From NCBI RefSeq assembly GCF_004010195.1, contig NC_057753.1, forward strand, positions 14,052,485-14,110,320: DNA of 57,836 nt. The letters run 5' to 3'. How positions within the stretch are numbered: position 1 is the stretch's first letter; each line of letters starts with the position of its first letter. Source of the stretch: Chiloscyllium plagiosum (taxonomy: Eukaryota). The notes beneath the pieces are model-generated. The model did not search any database and was not told the DNA's origin. It saw only the letters and a list, made by a program, of their open reading frames with translations. This document shows positions 1 through 13,270 of the stretch, one piece after another. The translations under genes were made by a program, and so were the position numbers.

Positions 1-249
1 AGGATATCTGTCAATAACTCACCTCCTTCCTCCTCAATTTCGATTTATCATCTTAAAGCTACACACACGTGTGCTAAGAAACGCAACCAGTCTGTCTGGA
101 TGGGTACAGTTCCAATATTACGCAAGGAGGTTCACTTAATGTAAGTAAAAAACAGTCAGATTGATTGGAAATTAATTGAACATATCTGATATTATTCAGC
201 ACAGGCGCAGATTTGCAGAATTGTGCAAATTTGAGCTTTACTTTTAAAA

Positions 250-1150
250 ACATTCACTCTTGGACCGTGGGCGTTATTGGCTAACTGATTTATTTCCTTT
301 CCCTAGTTGCCCTTGAGAAGGCGCAACTGAGCCACCGTCTTGAAATGCTGCAACTCACGTGCTATATTTCAAGCGGGTTGCATCGCCTTCTGTAGTGGCA
401 AATGGATCGAGTGTTGCTTGCTCTGCACCCATCCAGGCAATTGAAGAATATTCCATTACACGGCTGATGTTCACGTTGTAAATGGCAGACAGAGTTTATG
501 AAATTCGAAGGTGAGTTAAGTTCCACAGTACTGCTATTACCTGACCTGCTCCTGCAGGTTCTCGATATATAGTCGTTACAGTTGAATTTCTGATCACATG
601 TTACAACAAACACGTTGATAGTTGAGTATTCACATCAAGGTTCTGTGATTAGATTGCGTCAAATTGGTGAAAGTCATTGTCCACAATTGTGTGCTGTGAA
701 AATCACTTCCCACTTGTCAGTCTTAGCCTGTCTAGATCTTCTTGCATTTGAACATGTAATAGCTCAGAGTCTTCGGAATATACTGAATTTTTGTGCAACT
801 ATCGCCAAACATTATTCCATCTAATTTGATGCCAGGGATGACTGTAAAAAGCGTCGAATTTATCCCTGGTGCTCATTGATTCCAGTTTTGCTACCGTTCT
901 GTGATACCCGGTCGTAGAATAAGGGCTTGATGTCAAGAGTTGTCAAGCTGACCGCATCTCTTTTGTTCAGTATTTTTGTCCCTGTTTGAACCACGGCTGT
1001 AATGAGATCAGGAACTGATTTGACCAAGCGGAACCCAACCTGGGAGACCGTCAGCAGAGTACTGGGAAGCAGTTACTACTTGATAGCATTGCTCATGGCA
1101 ACTTCTATCACTTTCTGGAAGGTCGGCAGCAGATTCATAGGAGAGCAACT
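250..1150 (-). mobile_element. Old decayed non-LTR retrotransposon (CR1/L2 group), RT region and 3' part
   Basis: Minus-strand translation at ~1145-900: PMNLLPTFQKVIEVAMSNAIK**LLPSTLLTVSQVGFRLVKSVPDLITAVVQ...LDIK, matching LINE RT motifs PISLL/QFGFR/LDIK, with stops. Confidence 0.75.
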
Positions 1151-1153
1151 TTC

Positions 1154-1462
1154 GGCATGGTGGCTCATTGGTTACCACTGTTGCCTCGCTGGTTCGATTC
1201 CTGCCACGGGCGACAGTCTGTGTGCAGTTTGTACATTCCCCCCATGTTTGCATTGATTCCCTCCAAAAATCTAATGATATCCCGGTTTGGTGAATTGGCC
1301 ATGCTGAATTGTCCATAGTGTTCATGGATGTGTCGGTTAGGTGCATGAGTCGGGGCTAAATGTAGAGAAGCAGTGGAATGGGTCTGTGTGGGTCACTCTT
1401 CGGATGTTCAGTGTGAACTTGTTGCGCTGAGGAGCCTCTTTCCACGCTGTAAGGATTCTAAG
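1154..1462 (+). mobile_element. tRNA-derived SINE (HE1-like)
   Basis: A-box TGGCTCATTGG, B-box GGTTCGATTCC, and a body homologous to the copy at 47638-47961. Confidence 0.8.
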
Positions 1463-2367
1463 AACTGTCTGGATTGACTTTGTCAAGTTTATGTACAGAA
1501 GAAACACTCCACAACAATTCACAAGCACCAGTGATGCGAATACTGAAAGATGCGCTCCAAAAGCTAACTATGAATTCTTGAATAACACCTTCAAAACGGG
1601 GACTAAATGCGATCAAGAAGGGCAAAGGCATTCAATGTATATGAACAGTAGCAACTGCAAGTTCTTCTCGAAGCCACATGTCATATGAAATAGAACTATA
1701 TCTCAATTTCTTGACTATGAATCCATCGAAATCAGAAACTTTCACAATGTGTGTATCTAGACGACATTCCTGCACCGACAAAATAAACTCAATTACAAAT
1801 ATCTTGATAGGGAAGGTGCGGGATAGAAAGTTCATTTTCTTCGAGCCAAGCCACTGTCATAGAGCGGACAAATGAAAAGAAATTTCAACCATATTCAAAA
1901 ACAGTGCCTCGCAATGTCATGGCCCTCTCAGTCCAGCCTTAATTCATCTAGGTGCATGATGACAATTGTCACTTTTTTTTTATTGCTGCTCAATCTTAAC
2001 TTCGTCCATTTTTAGAACACTTTGGAGAATGTGTCAGCTCCACTCAGTTTAAAGCTGCAGTTCTCACATTTTTATAGCTTCTTTCTCGTGACTCGTGAGC
2101 ATGGAATGTACCACACAAGTTAAACATTTTATTAATTATTTGCCGAAAAAATCATTCAGTATGTCAGAATAAGCCTATGAAATATGGTTGTGTGCTTATA
2201 CGATTGCAAATCCCTGGCTTCTTGAAATTCACGTCAGCCTCTGTCTGTTTGAGGACTTCACTGGTACCTGATCATTGTTCGTTTGCTTCATAAGTTGACG
2301 ATACATCTTGTGTTGGTTCAAATGATCCAGAGACTTATCCATATAGACCCAACGTTTTGTTAAATGA

Positions 2368-4070
2368 AGTCATAGAGTCACAGAGATGTACAGAACGGAA
2401 ATGGGCCCTTCTGTCCAAATAGTCCATGCCGACCAGATATCCCAACCTAATTTAGTCCCGTTTCCCAGCACTTGGTCGATATCACTCTAAACCCCTCCTT
2501 TCAATATACCCATCCAGATGTCTTTTAAATGTTACAATTGTTCCAGCCTCCACCACTTCCTATAGCAGCTCTTTCCATACAAGCGCCACCATTTGCATAA
2601 AAAGTTGCAACTTAGGTCAGTTTTATATCTTTCCCTTCTCACCCTAAACCTATGTCCTCTAGTTCTGGACTCCCCTACCCCAGGGAAAATGCTTTATCTC
2701 TTTATCCTTACCAGGCCCCTCATGATTTTACAAATCTCTATGTGGTCATCCCTCAGCCTTCGTCGCTCCAGGGAATACAGCCCCAGCCTATTCAGGCTCT
2801 CCCTATAGCTCAAACCCTCAAACCCTGACAACAACCTTGTAAATCTTTTCTGCACCTTTCAAGTTTCACAACATCCTTCCGATAGGAGGAAGACCAAAAT
2901 TGCACGCAATATTCCAAAAGTGGACTTCCCAATGTTCTGTATAGCCGCAACGTTACCTCCCAACTCCTGTACCCAATGCGCTGACCAGTAAAGCCAAACA
3001 ATCCAAACGCCTTCATCACTATCCTAACTGCCTGCGACTTTACTTTCAAGGAGCTATGAACCGGCATTCCAATGTCTCTTTGTTCAACAACAGTCCCTGA
3101 GATCTGACCATTACGTGTATAAGTCCTGCAAACATTTGCCTTTCCCAAAATCCAACACCTTGTATTTATCTAAATTAAACGCCATCTGTCATTTCTCAGC
3201 CCATTGGCTCATCTGACCAAGATCCTGTTGTGTTCTGAGTTAACATTTTCGCTTTCCATCACACCTCCAATTTTGGTGTCAGCTACAAACTTACTAACTA
3301 TACCTCATAAGTTCATATCCAAGTCATTGGTATAAATTACAATAAAGTAGTGGACCCAGACCGATCCTTGTGGCACTCCACTGGTCACAGTCCTCCAGTC
3401 TGAAAAAGCAACCCTCCACCACCACCTTCGAGCCAGTTCTGTGTCCAAATTGCTAGTTTTCCCTGTATTTAATGATATCTAATCGTGCTGACCAGTGTAC
3501 CTTGGGGAATCATGTCGAAACCCTTACTGAAGTTCATTTAGATCACGTCTACCACTCTGCCCTCATCAATACTCCTTCTTACATTTTCAAAACCTGTATC
3601 ATGTTCGGGAGACATGATTTGCCACGCACAAAGCGATGTTCACTACCCCCATTCCGTCATTGCCTTTCCAAATATGTGTCAGTCCTTTCCATCAGGATTC
3701 CCTCTGACAACATGCCACCACCGACGTCAGGCTTACTGGGCGGTACATCCTTGGCTTTTCGTTACTAGCTTTCTTAAATAGTTATACCACGATAGCCAAT
3801 CTCCAATCTTCTGGCACCTCAGCTGTGACTATCGATTATGCAAATATCTCAGCAAGGGGCTCAGCAATCACTTCCCGAGCTTCCCTCAGAGTTCTAGGGT
3901 ACACCTGATCAGGTGCTGGGTATTTGTCCAACTTTATGCGTCTAAAAACATCCAGCACTTCTGCCTCTGTAATATGGACATTTTTCAAGATGTCACCGTC
4001 TCTTTCCACACATTCTAAATCTTCCATGTCCTTCTCCACAGTAAGCACTGATGCAAAACACTTGTCAGAG
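2368..4070 (-). mobile_element. CR1-type LINE, 5'-truncated and decayed
   Basis: ORF fragments LRLYRTLGSPLLEYCVQFWS and IKLDKYPAPDQVYPRTLREAREVIAEPLAEIF. Short-repeat 3' tail at ~2370. Confidence 0.9.
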
Positions 4071-4514
4071 GAAGAGGTCATTGTAGTGTGAGCACTGTAC
4101 ACTCACTATTTGCATTATAGTGAGTGTTTGTTTTCGAATTCTTAAATTCGCACAGTACAGGATCACATCAAAGCATAGATTCTACTTGATTTGTTCACTG
4201 CTTCTATGGCAATGATCTTGTGCTTGTTTATGTACAAGCCTGGACACCATTTCTGCATATATTACAAAGGATCAGATCCGTAATGACATCACACTGAGTA
4301 CCGTTCCTGTGTATATTGAATTTCAATTGCTGTTATTCACTCAGATTTTACAGCATTGGGACATTTACCATTGTACATTAATTTGACACATGTTTTGTAA
4401 CTGCTGAACTTGATGCTATACTTTTGAAATGTATGCACTAACTATTTAACTTGAGTATATTACTTATCTGTTACGGTATGAGGCCTCTCTTCTTTGACCA
4501 TGCACAAGTAAAAC

Positions 4515-4700
4515 AGCGTGGTATGTGAAAACGCACAGCAAGTCAGGCATCATCAGAGGAGCAGGAGAGATGACACTTGAGGCATGACTCCTTCATTTCT
4601 CTCCTGGTCCTCGTATGCTGCCTGACCAGCTGGGCGTTTTCCAGCACAACACTTTTCGACTCTGACTCTCCACTATCTGCAGTTCTCATTTTCTCCTAGT
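4515..4700. repeat. Short interspersed repeat with internal inverted arms (probably Penelope-terminus derived)
   Basis: gcacagcaagtcaggcatcatc...tgctgcctgaccagctg form inverted arms. Homologous to 31810-31940 and 41700-41830. Confidence 0.55.
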
Positions 4701-5149
4701 TGACAATGCACAAACCAATAATTTATTTTGACTAATCTCGGTGCCAAGTACAACAATCTCCTATGTATGTGTACCATGATAGTTGGCGCAGATTTAATTG
4801 CTGCTGTAGGAGTATATGTCAATTTGTCTGTGATGCAAACAGTTGCCTATGCTCACATGGGAATATTTCCTGTTATTTACGGTCTACAGCATGCGTTCTA
4901 ATTAGCTCTGGCGACGTTTGCACTGATGTCAATTCTCATATCACCAGCCACACATCAACAATTATTCTCATTGTTTCTCATTTTGCATTATTAATGATTA
5001 CTTGTCAATTTTGTCCTTCAGCGCGAAATTCTGATTTTGGAAGTAATTTCTGCACCTGAGATTTCGAAGAACACATTAAATGTTCTGAAATCAACATTTC
5101 ATGCAAGGGTCGCAGGTGTCGGGCCTTACCTCAGGTATCCACCATGTTA

Positions 5150-5605
5150 TAGATGCACAGCATGGAAATACTTCCTTACATCCAAACTTCCAAAATCGAA
5201 CAGATATCCAAAACTAATATGTTCCCATCTGCAAGGACTTGATCCACACCCCTGTAAACCCTTCATGCCGTATATCCATCCAGATGATTTTAGATGTGGT
5301 AATTCCACCAATCTCCACCACTTCCTCTGGCAGTTCATTCGAAACATGCACCACCCTCTGCGTGAAACGAATGGCCCCTTTGGGCCCTTTTCAGAATTTC
5401 TCATCTGACCTTCAACCAATTAGCTTTTTTTTGCACTCTCTTAACGAGCAAAACGACCTTGACTATTCACCCTGTTCATGCCACTCATGATTTTACAAGC
5501 CTCTGTATGGACACCCTTGAGCCTCTGACGTCACAACGAAAATAGCTTCAGCATTTTTGCTTCAGCCGATAACTGAACCTCGCCAACACTGGCTAAATCC
5601 TTCTA
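5150..5605 (-). mobile_element. CR1-type LINE 3' fragment
   Basis: Similar to 2370-2850 and 9540-10010. Confidence 0.8.
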
Positions 5606-7939
5606 AAACGAAGTAGTGGATACAATTTGCTCAGATAGAAATAAACAACATTCTTTCTGACCTGCAACTGCAGTTTATGGCCGCTGTTATTTAATGCTGT
5701 AAGCATATTTTAAATTGAAATTTTATTTCTAAATATATATCTACCGTTACAACTCTAAAGAAAATTAATTACAATCATCTTACTTTAATGAAAAGCATTA
5801 TTTGAATTCCACTGAGAAAGGTGAAATACAAGGACAACTTTACCAAACCATTAAGCTTGTTTACATTCCACATGACCACATCTTCATGTTGTAAAGCTAA
5901 TTTGGCTTTGTGACCCTTCCCTTGATCATTGAACATAATAATTCGTTTGAATTATCTACATCTACACTTAACTCTCAATTGTTGATCGCTCCCAATCGTG
6001 TCCTCTCTTTTTATAATCTGGTCAATGATTTTATTTTTTGAAGGCCGTATTTAGACCATTTCTTACTTTATCTTCTCTTATATTTGGACTTTTCATTGCC
6101 GAGAGACAATTGATCAAAGAATGCAACCAGTACATTCACAATTTTATTGTTTGCCTTTCAAATTCTAAAATTACCTAAATAGTTCAACTAATGTAGCACT
6201 AGTCTTTTTCTTCTATTTTTTGAAAAAGAAAACAACTTGGGACTGCCGCGAAAGGAGAATTTACAAAAAATGATCTAGAAGCATGTTTAGATTTACAGAA
6301 ACCTGATAATTTCCCTCACGTTTCTTTCTGCAGACAATCTGTTCTTATCGAATATAGAGACCACAAGTGTAGCTGTAAACATCTGTTGCATATACCTGTG
6401 AGATCTTATTGGGCACATTGTGTTAGCTTAAAAAGCCCCAAGCGGCCATCTTACCAACTGAATCACGGGCAGTTACAAAACTTGCCAGATACCAATCGTA
6501 GTGAAAGGAGATCTTCACGCTCTCTGTCGACAACTGGGAATGGCCTCAGGCCAATAAGCATGAATATTGTTTTGTGGCTTCTTCCCGCCCAGTATTTCAC
6601 AATGTTCAGCAGAGAGCTGAGCCTTTTCTTCACCTAAAGAGAGAATGTGAGGAATCTGTCTGCACGTCTGGTGTTGTTGCGAAGGTGTAAACACCTTGGA
6701 TTATTCCCTTCCTCTGGGTAAAGATACCTTCCAAGAAAGTCATTTTAAATTATGTACCAAATACAATACCAATGAAATGAATTACCCAGTAACATTCTGG
6801 ATCGACATATGCCAATAGTGAGAAAATGCAATCAATCGCATGGTGATTATAATTTTCAGACAGCATATTGTTTAACAACGTGCTCACTTTGAGAACAAAC
6901 TTTCTCTGTTTTCTAGCTGCAGTTTGTCAAGATTCTAATCTCTCCTAATTTGGCAAATGTCTCAGTCATTTCCAAAACGCCTCCCTCTGACTTCCGACAT
7001 ACATCATTTTAGAACTTATTGATTGTCTAGCTGCGTGCAACACCTCCCCCTTTTTCATAGTGGCATGTCCTAGACTCTCAGCCTACACTCTCCCGAAACT
7101 CGTGAACTCCCATGATGTGTTAGGTCGCCTACAGAAGGACTGGTTAAGAGCTAAAATTAAGAATGCTGAGAATTTTCGACAAGCAATATAAATTTTTGAT
7201 GTTCGTTCTCACTGCAGCTAGGACGGGTAATTTCCTGTTTTGACCGAACAAGGCAGGTCACATGGTGCACACTGCAATGACTGACACCATATTACCTGAG
7301 AAAGAGCACGGAATTGGCTATTTATGACTTTCTGTAAACGCTAGAGAGCTGTTTCCCAGAACAACTCCATTTGCTGCGGTGAAACAATATGATTGAGCGT
7401 TAATCAGTTCATAGGATCATTAACATAGAAAACTCTGGAGACCGAGTCAAATTTTGAGATAAAAGTCATGGAAAAAAGAATTGTGGGGAACAGGCTTCAA
7501 TACGACATTTGAGAAGCACATACCTTGAACATAATTTCAGAAAGGGAAAAGAGCAAAGATTCAGAACATACCATGAAAGCAAAGTTGGACACATCACTCA
7601 CATCGGACGGTATTTGATTCGAGTGAAACTTTTAGAGTTAAAGTAAGAGATAGAGTTAAATGTGAATTCATTAATGTGAAGCGCCATTAAATGAAATGAT
7701 GTAAAGTTGAAGTTAAGTTAAATGAAGGGAGACGCCAGTATTGCAAGGAATGTGTGTTTTATGCTGAGTATTATACTAAGGAGTCAAAATGAGCAATGGT
7801 TTATTTCAGTAAAGTCTGAGTCAGTTCCCTTTGTCAGGCCCCACATGAGATGACTACCTATGTAAAAGTTCGAATCACTGTTTTTTGCACAATAATTTCC
7901 TTCTTTTGTATGAATACTGAGGTAAAGTTTTAATTGAGC

Positions 7940-8640
7940 ACTTCCCCACCCCACTCTTGCTCCGTGCAAAAAACCCTCCATTATCCCTGATTGTACATAC
8001 CCTTATCATAGTTGGCCTCTTCACCCTTATATATGTTTCACACGCCATGCGACCTTTCTTCATTCTGTTTGACTGACACATTTTGTAGACCATCTCCTCC
8101 CTCCTCTGTCCTTACTTGAGTTCTTTCCTTTTCTGTTTGTATTCTTAAAGGAACGTGTACTCCTTTAGTTTATTGAACCTTACATATGCCTTTTTTTCCC
8201 TTTTTGCCTTAGCTCTCAATTTCACCTGGTCCATCCAAGGTTCCTTACTTTTCCCATCCTTAGCTTTCATTTTCACAGGAACATGCTGGCCTAATTAACA
8301 GGCATTTCCAATATTGCTGAGTGCCAAATATGCATTTATGTTCAGAACAAATGACTGAACCTACATTCCCCGGATCTTGCCTTATCTTGTGGTCGTTAGT
8401 TTTCACCGTTTAGGAGCTGCACCCGAAGGCTTTCTTATATTTAATGGTCAGAAAATTAAAACTAATTAATAAGCAGAATTATGGTCTTTGTTCCTGAAGT
8501 GCTTGTCCATTGAATCTTCCAAACCCTGTTTGACTTTAATCCCCAAAACAGGTCCAATCTGACCACTTCTCTGTTTGGACTATTTAAGTACATTATCAAA
8601 AAAAAAGTTCTTGGATGCACCTAACAACCTAGACACCCAC
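7940..8640 (-). mobile_element. Old CR1-type LINE internal fragment (endonuclease-RT linker)
   Basis: Peptide ETYIRVKRPTMIRVCTIRDNGG resembles the CR1 linker seen at ~19870-19950. Confidence 0.55.
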
Positions 8641-9539
8641 CCCAATCACTAGCACTATTTCCCAGTCTATAAACCTTTTCAACATCAAAATGCACTTTTG
8701 TTTCAACATCAGCTCTCCACATAGGTATCTTTTTTGATCTGCTGCTCACAAACTGCCAGTCTTTTCAACCTGCTCTGTCTGATCCAACTTCATTTATGTT
8801 GTCGGAGGTATTCGCCTTTTAAAAACAAAATTCATTCAGCGTACGTGAATATCATTCCCCGTCCCCAGTTGCCCAATGTTAAGAGACAACAACGTTGTTG
8901 CTGCTGGAAGTCACGTGGAGGTCTGACCAAGTAAGAACAAATGTTCCCTCCAAGCAACAACGTTACGAAGCCAGGTCTTTTTTGCCTGGCAGTCAGCAAT
9001 ATTTCATGTTCATCATTAGCTTCTTAACTCCAGATCCTTTCTTATATCGTGGTTGTATTCGAACCTCAGGCCTAGGTCACTAGATTAATAGCCTAGTTCG
9101 AAGACTAAAATGCTATCACTACTGACTGCCTGTCCTCCACGTCGAACAATCACACCGCTATGTTTAAACTCATGCAATCACAATAGTTATCTGCGCTCTG
9201 CTTTCTTTTAGCGATAGTAAAATCTAAATTTAATTATGGAGATTCATTAATGGGGGAATTAACCAACAATACTTGCATGGTATGAGCTATCTCCCATTAC
9301 CCGATTCAGTTCTCACATGGCAATGTCAAGAAGACCAATTTTTTGCCCCTCTGAATCCTAGAAATGGAGAATAAAGGCAAAACGAGCGTTCACGTGTTAG
9401 TCGCTGACTCTGTCAACATTGCGACAATCAGAGATTCAGGATATATCTCAATATTAACAGGATACGAGGGTTTAACAATTTCACCATCAATCACTTTGTG
9501 GAAATCCGCATTATCTGTTTACAAACATGTTTGTTACTT

Positions 9540-10010
9540 AGAGTCATAGAGTCATAGAGACATACATCATGGAAACAGACCCTTCTGTCCAACCCGTCCA
9601 TGCCGAACAGATATACCAACCCAATCTCGTCCTACCTGTTAGCACCCGACCCATATCCCTCCAAACCCTTCCTATTCATATACCCATACACATGCCTCTT
9701 AAATGTTGCAATTGTACCAGCCTCCACCACATCCTCTGGCAGCTCATTTCCATACACGTACCACCCTTTGCGTGAAAAAGTTGCCCCGTAGACCTCTTTT
9801 ATATCTTTCCCCTTTCTCCCTAAACCTATGCCCTCTAGTTCTGGACTCCCCGACCCCAGGGAAAATACTTTGTCCATTTATCCTATCCATGCCCCTCATA
9901 ATTTTGTAAACCTCTATAAGGTCTTCCCTCAGCCTCCGAAGCTCCAGGGAAAACAGCCCCAACCTGTTCAGCGTCTCCCTGTAGCTCAGATCCACCAACC
10001 CTGGCAACAT
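9540..10010 (-). mobile_element. CR1-type LINE 3' fragment
   Basis: LSYRETLNRLGLFSLELRRLREDLIEVYKIMRG...FFTQRVVRVW and a (gagtcata)-type tail. Confidence 0.9.
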
Positions 10011-10899
10011 TACTTCATAATTGTCTTCGCAAATGCAGCATCTTGAACACAAAACTAATTTTAAAACTGCATCCTCTTCCATATGCAGGCCCCACAGGCA
10101 ACATTCGGAATGTACTTTATTTCTACTTCGAATGTATCAAGTCATCAGATAATATTGTGTATCATAACATAATGATACATAGTTAAGTTCAGTATTTTGA
10201 AATTTCCACACGTATTAGGGGTGCAGACTCAGTCTACCAGGAGTGATTTCAGTGATGAGGTTTACTGAAGACATGGTGAGCATTAATTGCAATAATTCGA
10301 CGACTGCTAATAGATATTCTTTGCAAAGAATTGTCAGGACTGTTACAATTTCGCTACGTTCCAGGTCTATATCCCTAATGATGGGTATGTTATCAGATTA
10401 TGGGGCCATGGAGCCTCTACTTTTTGCTCATATAGAAAAGTAAGCATAATGCTCCCCTCCTGAACACTTGCTATCCAAATATGCTGCGCCTTATTCCGGC
10501 CCGTGAGACATTGATTGAAATCAAACAGAGCCATGGGCGTAACGTGTGTGATGCATTGATTATCAGCAATTATCGTAGTATTTCTTCGAGACAGAACGTC
10601 TCCACTAAACTACCATCAGTTCTAAACAGAAGAGCGAGTTTCCAATTTCGTTTTCTTCGTGATAAGGAGTTAACAAGGAGTTTACTGATATTAAACCGTT
10701 TTTTAATGCATGCAAAACGAACAGTAACTCTAGTTGTTTGGCTTTTTTGCCCCTCGTTGTTTGGCTGCTGCCAACACAGAATGGCAAGTGAAAATCTTTC
10801 TCTTGTGTGTCTCGGGAAGATTGTATCAGAACTCACCACTCTGCACACTTTGACTGATGAGTAACAGTGAGTGGGGAAAAGTTCTTCTCATTATAATTT

Positions 10900-11420
10900 A
10901 AGAGGAATATTGAGCGCAGTTTTGGACCCATGCCTCAGCAATGATGTACTAGTACTGGATCGGGCACAGAGGTTTACGAGAATAATTGCAGGAATGAAAA
11001 GCTGAAGATATGAAGAAGATTTGAGAATGCTGGGTCTACACTCGATGGCATTTAGAAGGATGAGGGTACTTCTAAATGAAAATTACAGAATATTGATTGT
11101 CCTGGAAAATGTGAATGTTGCGAAAATGTTTCCAGTGGTTGGAGAGATGTGGACCGAAATGCACAAATTTAGAGTGAAGGGAAGACATTTTAGATACGGG
11201 TAATGGGAAACTCCTTCAGCCGCAGAATGGTGAATCTGCAGAATTCATTGCCACAGAAATCTTGTAGACCAAGTGTAAATGTTTCTAAATTGCCAAGGGG
11301 ATGAAGGGTTACAGAGAGAAAGCGGGAGAATGGGTTTGAGAAACTTTTCAGCCATCATTAAACGGCTGAACGGACTCGATGTGCTGAATATTCTAATCTC
11401 TGCTGCTCTGTTTTATGCTC
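10900..11420 (+). mobile_element. CR1-type LINE 3' fragment (older subfamily)
   Basis: LRMLGLHSMAFRRMRVLLNENYRIL resembles the CR1 ORF2 C-terminus. Confidence 0.75.
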
Positions 11421-12194
11421 TCGAAGACTTGCACTTCTATTAGTTGAGATACTTGTTTCATACCACGAAACTCTCTGATTGGACATCTAGCTATCTGGCA
11501 GGTCAGTTTGAAATCAATCTGTCTGCCATATTAGTTAAACATCAAGATATATGTCAGGCCACTTTGAACAAAACTGCCTTTCAATTTTGTTCATGATCAA
11601 TTGGTTTCTACATTCAGTGTGAGTTCAACCTGCTTCTCAGCTGCGTAAATGAATACTTGTCTATGCCAATCATATTTTTGAATCAACAGACTGCACCGTT
11701 AAGGCGTCTCCTCTCTGACAGAAACATGTGCTTGTGGTTATTTACGTCAGCAAACCATCACATCCAGGCCATCCTATCGTATGTTCTGCAGAAAGTGACA
11801 TCAAATTAAAATTGTTCAGTACGTTCAAATTTCCTTTTGTCGAATGGCTTGCAAGTTTTCCACGTACATAAACAGCCCTCCAAAAGAGGATTACCATGAA
11901 TTTGGCTCTCCCTTCTCTCTGTTTGGTGCATCTTTCATTGTTGATAAGAAGCTAAACTTTCAAAGTACTCGTAATGTTCGGAGACATATATTTGAGAAAG
12001 CAAAGACTCACATTAGATAAATATCCGCAATTAAATTATACCACAGTTGGATTACTGCAGATAGTTATTGTCTCAGCCTTACGTGAAAATGAAGGGACAC
12101 AAAACTGATTATAATATGTGCTCTTGGTAACCTTTCTCGAACAAAGTGAAGAATAACGGTTAACTAGACTTTTGTCTTTGCAATGGTGGAAAGA

Positions 12195-13270
12195 CTAGAT
12201 GTAGGTTTGCTCGCTGAGCTGCAAGGTTCGTTTTTAGGCGTTTTGTCACCATACTAGGTAATATCTTCAGTGAGCCTCCGTATTAAGCACTGGTGATGTA
12301 GCCCGCTTTCTGTTTATATGTTTGAGTTTCCTTGTGTTGGTGGTGACATTTCATCGGTGACATCATTTTCTGTGTTGATGCCACTTACAGTTCTTTTTCT
12401 CAGGGGGTGTTAAATGGGATCTAAGTCAATGTGTTTGTTGAAAGACTTCTGGTTGGAATGCCATGTCTCTAGGACTTCTCGTGCGTGTCTCTGTTTGGCT
12501 TGTCCTAGGATGGATGTGTTTTCGCAGTGGAAGTGGTGTCCTTCCTCTTCCATATTTAAGGATACTAGTGAGAGTGGGTCATGTCGTTTTGTGGCTAGTT
12601 GATGTTCTTAAAACCTGCTGGTTAGTTTTATGCCTGTTTGTCCAATGTAGTGTTTGTTACATTCAAAGTATTGCAAAGTATTTTGTAAATAAGATTAGTT
12701 TTGCTTATTGTCTGTATAGGGTCCAGCAAGTTCATTAGCTGCTCTTTTAGGGTGTTGGTGGGTTTGTGGGCTACCATGATGTTAAGAGGTCTGATAAGTC
12801 TGCCAGTTATTAGCGACATGTCTTTGATATAGAGGAGACTGGCTCGGGTTTCTGAGCATATTTTGTCTGTTTGTTTAGGGTGGTGCTCAGAAATTAGCTG
12901 ACTGTGTATATTGGATACCCGTTCTTTTTGAATACACTGTACAGGTGATTTTCCTCTGCTCTGTGTGGTTCCTCTGTGCTGTTGTCTGTGGTGGCTCGTT
13001 GAAATAATGTTCTAATGCAGCTTCGTTTGTGGATGTTGGGATGATTGCTCTATAGTTGAATATTTGGTCTGTATGCATTGCTTTCCTGTAGACGCTGGTT
13101 TGAATTTCCTCATTGGCTTTTCGTTCTACTGCGATATCTAGGAATGGCAATTTCTTCTTGTAATCCTTTTCTTTTGGTGCATTTTATGCCATTAAGATCA
13201 TCTTGAAGGTTTCTTCTAAATTGTTTTATTTAGTGATGTCAAAGGTGTCATCCACATCATGGACCCAAAA
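12195..13270 (-). mobile_element. Penelope-like retroelement fragment (RT C-terminus and GIY-YIG endonuclease)
   Basis: PFLDIAVERKANEEIQTSVYRKAMHTDQIFNY (Penelope RT) and KTNLIYKILCN...HYIGQTG (GIY-YIG), frameshifted. Confidence 0.85.
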